DNA of 63,678 nucleotides, filler included, from Stramenopiles sp. TOSAG23-3 (lineage: Eukaryota): NCBI GenBank assembly GCA_900128585.1. It is 4 parts of 4 records of this genome, joined end to end, with 100 filler letters (N's around TTAATTAATTAA, not from the genome) between each part and the next. Parts side by side here need not be neighbours in the genome. Positions count along the whole stretch, not along the records: positions 29,691 to 59,224 come from LT642236.1; 3 more parts are not named here. The stretch is one strand, 5' to 3'. Position numbers and translations under genes: made by a program. The notes under the pieces are model-generated. The model was not told where the DNA came from and ran no database searches. It saw nothing but the letters and a program-made list of their open reading frames with translations. Below are positions 40,725-53,716 of the stretch, in pieces (within the stretch, counting starts at the first letter, position 1; every line of letters starts with the position of its first letter).

Positions 40725-42778
40725 ATTTGCAGTAGGTTTCTCTACCTCGTACACTTACTGCCACACTCTCTCTCACACACACACAAACTGTGAAAGACCG
40801 TCGCACAAAGATGATGAAATATTAAAACGACAATTGCATGCATGCATGGTGAATTGATCAAAGTGAGAAAAGTATTTAAATATTATTTTAAATTGTAAAA
40901 GTAGTACCACACCACAATAATATAAAAAAAGTATTTTTTTTTTATAATACTACTTCTACTACTACACCGCCTACCACTAGTTCTAGAGCAACCAAGGTCG
41001 TCCTTAGCTATTACCAGTATTACTACGGTACAGGTACGGAACCGAACCGAATGCGCTAGAAGAATTATTAATAGAGTATAATTTACACATCCATTATTTG
41101 GTGGTATTTTACTCTCTCTCTTATAATACTTGTATACGTATTAAAATATTGGAATGTACACCAGACAAGACAGACAGACCAGGAAGAAGGAAAGAGCAAA
41201 GCTTTTTTGAGGAGGAGGAGTCTCTCTCTGGAGACTACGAAATTAACTACTTTTGTGCAGGTGTGCATCCTTCCTTCCTTCCTACGAAATTAACTAGTTT
41301 TGTGCAGGTGCGCATCCTTCCTTCCTTCCTTCCTTCGTACTCTGTAAGTATTAAATAATTATGAATCTTCCTTCCTTCCTCCTACCTACCTTATAATACC
41401 AACATACCTTACATACCTTCCTTCCCTTCTCTACTTTTCCTTCCTTCCTCTCTCTCTCACTTCCTTCCACTCAAGCAACCTTGCCTTCCTATGTATATGA
41501 TATTACAATATCATTATACAATTACACTTTCTACCTTCTACCTCACCTCACCTCTCTCTCTCTCTCTTTCTGTTCTAATTCGATTAAACTAAGACTACAA
41601 GAGTAGAGTACAAGAGTAGAGAACGAAGAATGAAGAACAGATGCTTCGTCTCGCATCTCCAACTAACTGCATTGTCACAATAATACTTCAATTATATATA
41701 GAAATACTATGAAGTACTATCACTTCCCTTTCTTTTTTTAAAACTCTAGGAAGTCTGAAGTAACTTCGTACGTAGTCTAGCGTGTGAACGTGTTAACTAC
41801 ATTAATTTTTTAGAATTTAGTTGATTGTCTTTTGTATTCTTCTTCGTGTACTCTTTCTTTCTTTTTACTCCATCCAGTCCAGGTATTTATTACTTCCTTC
41901 TATTCTTTGTCCTTTTTAAACCAGATTGTCAAAAGAAAGTAAAAAAAGCAATTAAAGAAAAAAATATCTCTTTGCTGTGCTTTGGTATATTTCATATATT
42001 ATATACTTACATATATAATACAAAATCATTAATATAAACATATTATATACTACATACTACATACTATATATGTATTACATTATAAAAAAGAGGAAGGAAG
42101 GAAAAGAAGGATTCAATTAATTCTGTAAGGAAAGGGGGGGATCGATAATACTGTATTATATAGGAAATAATAATATCACTGTATTATTTCTATCTATTAT
42201 TATTTATATAAATTATATACTAATTATTTTATAAGTATATTATTAAATATCAATTCATTATAAGAATACATATTATATGTACTTATTAATGCATTAATTA
42301 TCTATCGAATTTACTTTTTTAATTTCCACTTGACCAAATCGATGCTTAATCTATTTTGTTAAATAAGGAGTATTGTTTATTGTATTCATATAAGTATTTA
42401 ATTAATATAAATATAGAATACATTACAATAATATATGTTATACTACGTCTATACAATTCCTTATTTAATCAAAAGGATGGTTTAATTCTTTCTTCTAAAA
42501 GTTTTGGAAGGGAAGAGAGGGAAGAGAGGAGAGGAGAGGGGAGGGAGCCTAGTCCTATTTGCTATGAGTGCTTTAGAAAGGAATTAGAACAAACAAAACA
42601 AAATGGACAAGTAGTAGAGATATATATCATGATACGAACCATATTCAATGCAAGGTATCAGAAGAGTGGTAGACGCAAGAAAGAATTTTGGGAAGGTTTG
42701 CCGTTGTTAGTGGAATCAAGTTCGCAAAGAGGACACTGCTGTTTGTGTAATTGTTTGAGTTTGCGTTTGCGATTAACT

Positions 42779-45432
42779 ATGAAGTGTTTCCAGTTCGCGT
42801 TGTTTGTAGCGATCGCTGCGGTTGGAGTTACGCAGATTTCTGCTGCGCCCCTCCGCGATGCCTTTCGGTTCAGGGAAGCCCTTGAAGAGGCACCTGGTGT
42901 TACCGGGGGTGCAACCGGTGCGACGGGCATTACGGGGGTCGAAGCTGCACCCGCACCACCCGCAGTGCCGAAAGAGAACCCGATAATTGCGGCATACAAA
43001 GAGAAAATGGAGTTGTGCGAAGTTCAGTGCAACGATGCCAAAAGCCTAACGTTCAACGCGTCCGAGGCCTTGAACACCTCCATCGCGGTGGTACAGAAGT
43101 TCATGTCCTCCGCCGCCGAAGAAGTTGCCGAGGCAAAGAAGTCGGAGGCCGAAGAGGGCGGGGCGACCACCTTGGAGTCCCTAACGAATAGTCAAAGGCA
43201 CGCCTCTGACGCGAAGCACGAGCGGAAGCGTTTGAAGGCGCTGCGTGGCGTGCTAAAAACCTCGCAAAAGCACGAGGAGAAGGTGTGCGAGCGCTACGAC
43301 ACTGCCGTCGAAGAGTTCGAAGCGGCCAGTCAAAAAGTGTGGAAAGACAAAAAGTCGATCTACGACGAGATCAAGGTCTTGGTGAAGCGAACGAAGCGCT
43401 GGCTGGTGCGCGAAATGGCGGCTGCAAAGCAGGACGCCCAGAACGCAACCGCAGCGCAGATGGACCCGACCACCCAGCCCCTTGTCGTTACGCACAAAAT
43501 TCTGGTGTTGGACCGTGCCATCCGGGCATCCCACGCAACAAAACTGTACTTCGACGCAATTGTCAAGAGGTTCAACAAAGCCGAAGCTGAGGCGAACGCT
43601 GAACACGAGAAGTTGTTCAACAAGCCAATGCCGGAGGTGGTGGCAAAGAGAAAGCAACAAGCCAAGTCGGAGGAGGACGACGGACCGTCCTGGTCAAACG
43701 ACTTCATCGAGTCCCTGGGCAAAAACATGACCGAGGCGATCGGGCAAGCGCAGGAATCTCGTGAAATTGTCGCCAACATTACCGGGGAAAGTCTCCCGGC
43801 AAGGGAGGAAGAAGGGGGTGCCAGCGGGGCCAGTGGGGCCAGTGGGGCGAGCGAACCCGTCGCAGAAGAGATGAGGTTCAGGGCAGTGCCGGCAGCAAAC
43901 GCTACGAACGCCACGAACGCCACGAACGCCACCGGTGCGTCGGGTGCGTCCGGCGCCGAAGATCTTGGCGAGCCCCGAGCCGTAACGCACTCGTTTACCC
44001 GTGACGGCCAAACCGTGACCACCAACACGGTGTTCCATGGAAGCGCGAAGCAAAAGAAGAACGCGCTCTGGGAAAAAATCAAAGAAATGGAAGAGAAGAA
44101 GAAGGCAGGGCCGATCGAAGACGCTACTAGTGGCGCCTCCGGTGCCGCGGGCACCTCCTCTGGTGCCTCTGGCGCCAAAGGCGAGGACAAAATTTCCCGT
44201 CTGGCGTCAATGGAAAACGTTATCTACGGACAAGTGAACGCCGCCCGCAAGAAAGAGATCCGCGACGAAAAAATCAAGAGTGCGATGATGAAGAAGATTA
44301 ACAAGTTGGAAGCAGAACTGAACGCAGCGCGTAAGCCGAAGGACCCTGTTTCTGCCGTTAGAAAAATTCATATGATTGCCTCCGGAAACATGGAGAAAAA
44401 CAGGTCGAAAGTAGCACTTTCGGACGAAGTACGAGAGGCCGCGGAAGGCGCCTTAGACCCCGAAGATGCCGTTTCCCTGAAAGCCATTGCTCTAAAATTA
44501 GAAGGTGGAGCATCTAGTGGTGCAAGTGGACCGGATGCCAGCGGCGCCAGCGGAGGCGAAGACGATGCATCAGGAAGCAGTGGACCCTCTGACCAGGAAC
44601 AGTTGAGTGGAATTGTATCGAAGTTGAATGCCCTTCCAGGACAGGAAACCAAAATGATCGCAAAAATGGCAGCACAACTAGGAAGTATCCTTGCGTCGCC
44701 GTCCGGATCTGAAGATTTGGGCCCAGCAGCACAAAAGGGTGATCGCGGTGGCGACAAGGCCATGGAGAAAGCAGATTACAAGGGCCTGGAGGGCATCGCG
44801 AAAAAACTGGCAAATTTGTTGGGCGACGGGGATGAAAGCGGCAGCAGCGGCGCTTCTGGCCCAGGCGATAGTGGTGCAAGTGGTTCAGCAGATGAAGATG
44901 ATCTGGACAGCGATGATTCCAGCGGAGCAAGCGGCGCAGAAGATAACGCAGACGGGGTCAATGCGGCCGAGGACGAAATGTTGAAAAAAACGTGTGAAAG
45001 TATTAGAACAACAACTCGAAGCCATTGGCGGAGAAGATGGCAGTGCCAGTATGGCTGCTGCCGAAGATGGGTCTGGTAGCAAAGAAGGGGAAGAATCAGG
45101 TTCAGGTTCGGAAGAGGAATCGACCATGAGTGGTGACGAAAGTGGCGCAAGCGGCCCTTCCAATGGCGAAACAGCCGCCCCAAAAGTCAAACCAACGCAG
45201 AAAGGTCAAGAAAAGGATGGCTTTAAGAAAGTTGACCAAGTTGGACGAGGCGACTTGGACAACATGATCAACCATTTCTTCAAAAAAAAATGCAGATGGG
45301 GAAATAGATGCCTCTGGTGCAGGTCCACTTCGCGGTGGATCAAGTCAGGATGTTAGTCCCAAGATCGTGCCAAAATTGGACGGAAAGGGAGCTCCCCCTG
45401 CAGTTCAGGTTGTGGCGAAGACATTAGCATAA
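42779..45432 (+). CDS. Secreted coiled-coil protein with GASGASG/acidic low-complexity tracts; two A-run frameshifts (about 44990 and 45290)
   Basis: Signal peptide MKCFQFALFVAIAAVGVTQISA; frames join as ...EMLKK/RVKVLEQQLEA... and ...HFFKK/NADGEIDASG...KTLA* (TAA 45430-45432). Confidence 0.65.
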
Positions 45433-46052
45433 TTAAAAAAAAATGCGTACGAGTAGAGTACGTTTTCTTATAATTTTTATTCTCACGAAGTACCTTACGC
45501 CATGTTAATATGATAAGTAACGAACCTTCCGAAGTAACTCTAAAAAAAATTAATTTTGTCGCATGCATGCATTAACTAAAAATATTGTACTTGTTATAAT
45601 TATCCCTATATAAATTAGTATAGTGAAAAGACGTTTTTTTCGTCATTTTTTTAGCTGGTATTTGATGTAAAAATGTTTTTAATAATGCCTTCTCTTCTTC
45701 TCCTCCTTCTTCCTTCTTCCCCCGCCGTCGTAGTAGTATTATTATATTAATATTATATTATATAGTAGTGGTGTGTAGTATAATATTAAAAAAAAATAAT
45801 ACAAAAAAATAATACAAAAAAAAAACAACAACCTGTTGTTGTTGTTGTTGTTGTTACCCACCCCACCAATAAATAATAATGGAAATAATATCAAAAAACA
45901 GATTCTCTTCTTGGCGAGATCATCATTGAAAATTGGACTAACTTACATTGTTTATTTGCCACCTCGGTTTTATTAATGACGGGAGTAACCAAAAAGGGCA
46001 ATAAAGTAGACAGCGAGAATAGTTTTTTTACGTCTCTGGTGCTTCACTTTAA

Positions 46053-46787
46053 ATGCTTCAGAGCATCGGTCGACTTACACTGCGGCGATTCTGCTCCGCG
46101 ATTGTTCCGCCGTTCAATGGTACAGTGGACTTGACAAAACTTGCCTCGTTGCCCCTTGAAGAATTAAGACGTCGCAGCGAAGGGCGCGAATTATGTGATG
46201 GAGACGGGAATAGAATCAAGGGTGCGCCGTGGGGGATGTCGCTGGCTCACAACACTGCCGGTACAGCAGAACCTTGGCCTACGGTTCGCACTGTTGGTTT
46301 TTTGCGTGTGACGCCGGATTGCTTTACGTTTTTGCTACGCCGTCGGAAAAAGAAAACATCTTCTGATCTTCCTATCAGTGTAGCGTACGTCGAAGGTAAA
46401 TATCGCGCCGGTGAGATATGCGAGCAGTGGAGATGTGAAGGTATTGCCAAAGAAGTTGGGCTGGAAGCTGCAGCATCAGCACCAGCAGCATCCTTTGCGC
46501 AAATTCTCGCCAGTGCGTCGGCGGGGGAAGAAAGGCGCCAGAAAATGACGAACCGTGACACATTTTTGGACGACGTTGAGAATGCAAAAGTTTCGCTGGA
46601 AACAGGCACCACTACACAAAAGACAATAGAAAATAGCGTTGTGGTTTTCGAATGTCAACCTGTTCGGGTTGAATTGCTAATCGGGGGGCCTGATTTTTCC
46701 ATGTGGGAACGTGTCGAGTGGAAAAGAGCTGTGGACGGAGATGTTGATTCGGATTGGCTACCGCCGCAAAAGTTAATGCCGTATTAG
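46053..46787 (+). CDS. Pyridoxamine 5'-phosphate oxidase-like FMN-binding split-barrel protein, probably mitochondrion-targeted
   Basis: MSLAH...PTVRTV, EQWRCEG, PVRVELL..GP...ERVEW...W....LMP end; Arg-rich N-terminal presequence. Confidence 0.6.
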   Translation: MLQSIGRLTLRRFCSAIVPPFNGTVDLTKLASLPLEELRRRSEGRELCDGDGNRIKGAPWGMSLAHNTAGTAEPWPTVRTVGFLRVTPDCFTFLLRRRKKKTSSDLPISVAYVEGKYRAGEICEQWRCEGIAKEVGLEAAASAPAASFAQILASASAGEERRQKMTNRDTFLDDVENAKVSLETGTTTQKTIENSVVVFECQPVRVELLIGGPDFSMWERVEWKRAVDGDVDSDWLPPQKLMPY

Positions 46788-46800
46788 GATCGATATCATG

Positions 46801-47280
46801 AAAACGAGAAAATTGGCTGTTATTTAAGTAATTTAAATTAATGTACTGCGAAATGAACTAGAGACACTTCTACTGAAAAAGTTCATTGGAATATAATATA
46901 ACACTTCAGTGATTGACAACCAACGAAGTTAGGATTAGGGTTGGAACAGAAATCGTAATTGATGATATAAAATAAATGACACAAACGACCCTCCCCCGAC
47001 ATCTCAAACCACAGATGACAATCCCTTGACTGATTTACAAGACAGACAACGAGCACCTCTAAAACAATTAAGCCGCTGCTTGGAAAATCGTACNNNNNNN
47101 NNNNNNNNNNNNNNNNNNNNNNNNNNNNNNNNNNNNGTGATTGACAACCAACAACGAAACAAAATTACAGAACCAAGTTAGGATTAGGGTATGAGGAAGC
47201 TAAATTTAATTACTCAACAAGTAACAGCCAATTTTCTTGCTTTTTAAATAAAATGAGAGTCTTAAAGCATACTACTATAT
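46801..47280. mobile_element. Copy of the same repeat family with inward-facing terminal motifs (MITE-like), broken by an N gap
   Basis: AAAACGAGAAAATTGGCTGTTATTTAAG at 46801 and the reverse complement TAACAGCCAATTTTCTTGC at 47222. Confidence 0.55.
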
Positions 47281-47356
47281 ATAAGAAGTTTTAAATAAAC
47301 AATATGATACGAATTAGAAAGAAAAAAGGTTCAAAACCACCCAATTGGGTTTCTTA

Positions 47357-47904
47357 TTAATCCATGGTCGCCATGATTGCTTCGATCATGTCGAGTAAGT
47401 AATTTGCAATAACTTCGCCTTGCGGGGTTAGCAACTTCAAATCAAAGGGTTTTTCGGTCGTTGGATCGCATATTTGGCACGAAAATCTTCTGTTCGAGCC
47501 CCCCCATCGTAATATGTCGGCATAACCAAATTTCATAAGTTCGCATCTTTCATCGCAAAAGATTATTCCTTCCGAATCCAAACATAGCACAAGTTCGTGC
47601 GGCAGAGAACGTAAGATGTCCAAGCCAGCAGTCTGGCCTTCTTTTGGGGGCTCCAAAGTGCAGTGAAATCGCAGGCAGGAAGGGTCATCTCGTTGAGATC
47701 ATTCACGTTGCACAGATCATCAATCGGTTCCAAGCACTTTGGGTCACAGGGTCTCAGGTCTTTCGCCGGCATGACAACGATTTCACCATCACTAATCTCC
47801 ACTTTAAAGTCGTCACCCTCCTTTGTAATAATTTTTCCCGGGAGAAAAATGTCTTCTTCGTCGGGGGTCCAAACCCATGCTCCTGGTTCAAGAAAAGCAG
47901 CCAT
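47357..47904 (-). pseudogene. Myosin N-terminal SH3-like domain joined, with a frameshift, to a FERM-C/PTB-like tail end; motor absent
   Basis: WVWTPDEEDIFLPGK...IDDLCNVNDLNEMTL (myosin start), then FHCTLE...LVLCLDSEGI...FGYADILRWG...TPQGEVIANYLLDMI (FERM F3-like). Confidence 0.6.
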
Positions 47905-49486
47905 TTGTCTGTGGTAGCAAGTACGTGTGGTGTCTGTGGTAGTAAGAGACTGGAAATGTTGATCTTTTTATCTCTTTCTTTCGACGTTACGGTAGAAGTT
48001 AAATAATCGCAATCTCTTCAATTGCCGATACCCTTTTTCACACTCAATCTAAAAGCGGCGTATTGGTTTCCATTAAATTCTATACTATACTTCTTTATAT
48101 TGCAACACAATGTAAGCAAAGGACTAAAACAAGTGTGCTCGTATCAATCAAGAAAGAAGAAAACCAGGAAAAGTATGAAACGTATTTGATATTATATCAT
48201 GAATTGAATAATATAGGAATTATGAAAATAGTAATGAAATTTACATACATAACTACACGATATGAGCATTTTCTGTATTCGAGAATATATGGATTTTGGA
48301 TCCAACTATCGTTCTTTTTATATATAGTTACACAGTGCTATTTTCTGATTTATTAATTGTTTCGTTGTGTCACTCAAGTATAATGCTGTCTAGCTGTTAT
48401 TTAGTAATTTGTGACTCACTTCTTCTGCGTATTTGTTACTTAAATGTAGTAGTCATAACAAAGCAAATAATCGATGGTGCAAATCAATTTGGGCTGACCT
48501 GACGTCACCACCTGACACCTGACCTCCTCGACTCGCCTCCAAGGGGTTAAGAGTAGGGCGAGGGAGTCGCATACGTAATTTGTTTATTTGCTTTTATACT
48601 AAATAGACTAGTCTATTATTTGTAGATAGTCTTAATAGAGAAATCATATGAACCTATAATTATATGTAATGGTATTCTAATAATCGATCTTTCCGTCTTT
48701 TTGGTTTCATTTATTTCGTCTAGCCAGTACTTAGTGCTAATTAGAGCTATATATAAAAATGACTAAAATAGAGCTGGTGATGTTACATTGACACAGCAAC
48801 GCTTTTTTGATGAAGTAGCTTCTGATAATTAATTGAAACGACGAACCCTAAAAATAAATGATTTCAGAGCTCTTGGTCTTGAGTGAGTCTCGGAGGTCGG
48901 AGGCTGGCAAATGGTACACAGTATTTTTATGTTGTTCAATGTTTTGTTGCCAAGATGGGAAAAAGGGTTCATGTTAGGGTACTACTAGTGAGGGGGGTAT
49001 ATATGAACAAATAAAGGAGGTAAATCGAATGAGGATAAAAAAATGGTCGCTTTGTCTATAAATATTATTCAAACAACCGGAAGAATGTAGCAAAATTGGG
49101 AAGCCCATTTTGTTGTATTCTTCAATTGATATATATACGGAAAAGCTTTTGCTTATAATATAATAAGATAATTACGACAATACAATAATTCATTTGGAAG
49201 TACAATTGTTTTGGGAGCTGCGGCGATATTGAAATGAACTGATTGTTTTTGTGCCTATGAGTGTATTGTTCTTCTTCTTCGTTTTGGTGGTTGATATTTT
49301 TGTTGTTGTGAGAAGAAGAAGACAAAAACAATTTTATTATGTGCCTTTGTTCCTTTCCATTACGATAACATTCTACTGAAAAATAGCCAAAACAATGAAT
49401 TGATGCAAACCCTTTATATTTTCTGTTTAGATCGTGCCAAGGCGATCCATTTTGCAAAATTGAATCCAGCCTGAATTAAAAACAGC

Positions 49487-51515
49487 ATGCGTTTCTTGTA
49501 TTTGCTTTTGCTTCTGAGCGAATGGTTCTTTGAAGGTTTTGCCCCAAAACCTGGACCGCCAAGCGACTTGCGGATACTACCGTTAAGTAACACCGAACTG
49601 GATGTTGACATTTATCCCCCAGACACAGGAAATAAAGTAGACTCCGTTGTGGGCGAACCTACCAGGTATAATATTAGCTATGAATTTCGAATGTGGAAAA
49701 GCAAAACAAATGTTCAGGAATTAATTTTGCATCAAACTAGTGGAGTGTACGGGAGTCTCCCATGGAGGCAATCGATTATGTTTACAGCAACATGAGGGTA
49801 AACGCCCCAAGTTCCGATGCCCCCGTCGCATTGGGTACTTGTCAGAACCAGATTTGCTCAATGCCCCTGGCAACGTTCGCCAATGGGGGGTTTTACAACA
49901 CAAAAACGAGCTCGTACGAACTTGCGTATCATGGCTATTCTCACTTTGCGCTGTCTGGTAATGCTCCAAATAGGACGGACTACCAGCTTCGCATCACGGG
50001 AAAATTTTCTCGTGGGTTGATAGTTTCGGTAAACAACAATATACTGCAGAACGATGGGATACTAGTTGTTGGCGTTTAGGAATGATTGAAAAGTCTTGCA
50101 GAGCAAAATACGGCGAGTTTTGCAAAAACAAGTTCACGTCAGTGACTGGAGACCCCTTACCAGATGGTTGTATTCACGGCATTGTAGACGTTAACGTCGG
50201 CGTATGCCCCTTTCAAGGACACGGAAATCCGTGCAACCACGCGAATTGCTTCGATAATGGTTCTAATGAAGGATACAAGAAGTCCGCCTGTGGAAACTAT
50301 ATTCACGAAGACTGGTGCGGAGATCCGAAGAATAGGTTCCAACCGGGTTGCAGAGGGGGGTTAATCAAGGCTGCCCGTGATAGTTGTCCATTTGATACTA
50401 GAAAATCTGCGGTCCCTTGTAACCACCTTAGCTGCATCAAACGGGCAGGAGTTGTGCCTTCACTAGAGTGCAATAATACCATCTTGGCCTTTTGCAAGCC
50501 GTTTAATATCGTGAATTTAAACAAGCCTCAGTCGACTATTTCGACAATTTCTGGAACTGGCAAAGAAAGAAATGCTTCCGCAATGACAGACAATGATGAA
50601 AATACAGCATGGACATTGGAGCAAATTCCCCTTTCGAATAATATACCACAAATTGTGCTAACATTTGAGGCTGAGAAGAGAATTGCTGGAATACGCCTTC
50701 AATTATTGCATCAGGTCATTTCGTTTAAAATCGAAACAAGTTTGTCAAGCACAACTGGCCCATACGAATTGCAGCATGAGTATCTACTTCATGACGCAGA
50801 AATGAATGCCTACAATGGGCTTCTTCTTTCCCTGCGAGCGTCAGATTTGGTGAACAAAAAACGGGAAGTAGACGAAAATGGAAAAGAGTACTTTATCGAA
50901 CCTTTCTTGCAAACGAAATGGGGCATTAAATCTACCGATAAAATAAATATGGTTGATGGCATTACAGTCTGGAACTCTCATCAAAATATTCGTTTAATGG
51001 ACGGAGAAAGAAATGTATTTCCCAATCAATCGTATACTGCCATGGTATGGGGGAAAAGAATTTTTAATAAAAATGATGACAACGATAAAATTTTGCTCGG
51101 TGGAGCCAATGAGAGCAGCATATTTCTGTATCGAGAAACTGTCGGAAATAGTATATATTTTTCCATGAAATATGAAGATGAAAGCTACCATTTCGGTTCT
51201 GTTCAGGCAAATGGTGATTATGAATGGAATTTAATAGCTATGACTGGTTATCAAAATGAATCAGTTACGGAAAATGTATTGCTGAATTCTTCTTTCAATG
51301 CCACGACAAATACTACGACAAACATTTCTTCCACTTCAACGGTATTAAAGACGATATCATACCATTCTCTTTACGTGGGAAACAAGTATGGGCCCATGAA
51401 TCTTATTGGAAAAGTAAATATTTCTGGGGTAGCTTTAAAACAACTAAGTATACGTTCAGTAAATACGGGTACTGGGGATAAAAATATTACCCTCATTATA
51501 ACACTAAATATTTGA
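49487..51515 (+). pseudogene. Fragmented large secreted protein (FN3-like start, Cys-rich repeats, discoidin/lectin-like beta domains)
   Basis: Signal peptide plus KPGPPSDLRI; frame breaks near 49760 and 50057; CPF..PCNH..C repeats; truncated AT-rich end. Confidence 0.5.
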
Positions 51516-52426
51516 ACAACTACGAAACCTCTATAGTCTCTAAAGCATTTGCTTACTCTGAAATGAAAATGAGGAAGATCCCCAGCTTGAGGAGCTGAGT
51601 TCGCGGTCTACTTTTAATTTATAGCTAGTAGGACTAATGTAATAACTGCAATGGACAGTCGAATAATACTAATATTCTTTTTATTTATTAGCCCCTAATA
51701 TTATATACAGTAATAAATGAAAGAAAACAAAATAATTTATTGGACCACTGAAGAAGAAGCGACAACAAATAATAAATAACAGAAAAAAGGGAATAAAAAA
51801 TTTGGCGTCGAACTAATATTTTCTGTACGCTATGCCCCTTACAAATAATTGAAGCGTTTCAGGATTTTCTGCTGCAACCAAAAAACGATAAAAAAACTCT
51901 GGTCGACGCTGACAAACTTTGTTTCCTTATCATTCTGTGCTTAATTGGTTTTCATTACTAATTCTGCAACCCTTCTGTTTATGAAGCTGGACAATTCCCC
52001 TAAGGATTTCATTGCATGTTACAGTCCCCGCTACTCGACTTACCGTTATTTATGAGTCTGATGGTGCTTTCTACCTAACAAGAAGCAGCACGCTTGAGAA
52101 CAGATTTAACTGACTGAGCACGGTATTAACATAGACACAGCATTGTATTTCCCTGTTTTCTTCCGGCTTATTAAATATAATGAAACAACGTCATGGTAGT
52201 AATGCTTTGTTAGTACACTGATAGCATCGGGGTGGTCACTTCAGTATTGGTACAATGAAGCGAAAGCAACGAACATTTTCGACGATCATGTTTCCTGTGT
52301 GTCTACTTTCGATAAAACATTTATAATGCACTTTCTCTCTGCTGGTGTAGAAAAGCACTTCACAAAATAAACATAGATTTTGAGGTAACTTATCACAAAA
52401 GAGGACAACACTTCATCATAAGAACG

Positions 52427-53569
52427 ATGTCTGATCCAAGAACAAACACTGCCCTTGCGTCACGCGAAGAGTTGCGACTGCGAGCAATGCAGGCCCGAAA
52501 CGAAGAGAGGCGCCAGCGCTTTTTGAATGCGAAAACGCGAAGCCTTGGTGTTGATGTCGCATACTTGGACAAGCAAGTTGCAGAAAAAGCTGCAGCCAAA
52601 GAAGCTGAAAAAATAGCTAACATGGCGTATGCTGATGAACAACGGCAAATTAGGTACATGATGGAAATGAACATTCTTGAAGAAAGACGACAGCAGGTGC
52701 AAGAGAAAGCCGAAGTTGCCCAAGCAGTGCAGTTGCAGCGCGACCCCAGGCTAAGGAGAGAATGGGACCTGAATAACCCTGACTCTCGTAAAAACGAGGT
52801 GCCTCCTCGTGTTGGAGATTTTGACCCTCGATGCGGAGCATCAAGTCTACAAGTTTTTGCAGGAGAAGACCTGAAAAAAGGCGACAGGGTTAAAATGCAA
52901 GAGATGCAAATGAGAGACTGGTGCGCTCAACGAAAGGTTGAAAAGTCGAAACGGGCTGAGAAAGAAGCAGAGGAAGATCGCGCCTACGCGAGACATGTCT
53001 TGGAAGTTGTCCAAATTACTTCCGAAATCGAAGAGAGAGAACAAGAAGAGAAGGCGGTTGAGGCATTAGAAGTACGAGAAGCTAACCAACAGCTAGCGGC
53101 TGCTAAGGCGTTCGAAATATCAGCGTACAAACAATCAGAAGAAAAGCAACGTCTTGCGGAATTGGCTCATACAGCATCAGACCCGTTTCTGAACGAACAC
53201 AGAACCACTGGTATCAGCGCCATAAGCACGGGGCGGGTGCGACCAGACCACTGGAAGGGCATGAACACAAACCAACTCAAGGAAATATACGAAATACAAC
53301 AAAGACAAGTTGCCGAAAAACAAGCAATAAAAGCCAAGCAAATGCAGGAGGATGCAAGTTATTCGGAATACGAGCGTTCTGTCTTGAACATGACCCAGCA
53401 AGCCTACCTCATGGAGCAAGAGGAGGCAAAAGCAGATCAATTTGTTATTCGTGCACATCAGGCAAAACAAATTGTCGAAAAGCATACTCGTGACCTATTC
53501 TTAAAGAAAGAACGCGCAGGTGCGATCAACGATGATTTCTTCAAAGGGTTCGGATCTTCTCACCGTTAG
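52427..53569 (+). CDS. RIB43A: RIB43A axonemal microtubule inner protein
   Basis: RRQRFLNAKTRSLGVD...LDKQVAEK, RREWDLNNP, DPRCGASSLQVFAGED, RVRPDHWKGM, FFKGFGSSHR. Confidence 0.92.
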   Translation: MSDPRTNTALASREELRLRAMQARNEERRQRFLNAKTRSLGVDVAYLDKQVAEKAAAKEAEKIANMAYADEQRQIRYMMEMNILEERRQQVQEKAEVAQAVQLQRDPRLRREWDLNNPDSRKNEVPPRVGDFDPRCGASSLQVFAGEDLKKGDRVKMQEMQMRDWCAQRKVEKSKRAEKEAEEDRAYARHVLEVVQITSEIEEREQEEKAVEALEVREANQQLAAAKAFEISAYKQSEEKQRLAELAHTASDPFLNEHRTTGISAISTGRVRPDHWKGMNTNQLKEIYEIQQRQVAEKQAIKAKQMQEDASYSEYERSVLNMTQQAYLMEQEEAKADQFVIRAHQAKQIVEKHTRDLFLKKERAGAINDDFFKGFGSSHR

Positions 53570-53716
53570 GACCAAACTATCGTCTGGGTCTTCAGCAAAA
53601 CGAAAAAAGTCATTATTGCCCTAAAAATAAGAATTCTTATTAATTGAGAGTTAAAATTTATTTTATATAAACACAACAAATTATATTTTTTTTTATATAT
53701 AAAAAAAACTAGCAGG

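Noticed and set aside
42356-42778. N-terminal extension of the 907-aa ORF
   Set aside because: AT-rich non-coding-like sequence from a TTG; the signal peptide starts at ATG 42779.
46929-46943. TTAGGATTAGGGTT as telomeric repeat
   Set aside because: Only two imperfect units, part of the repeat family.
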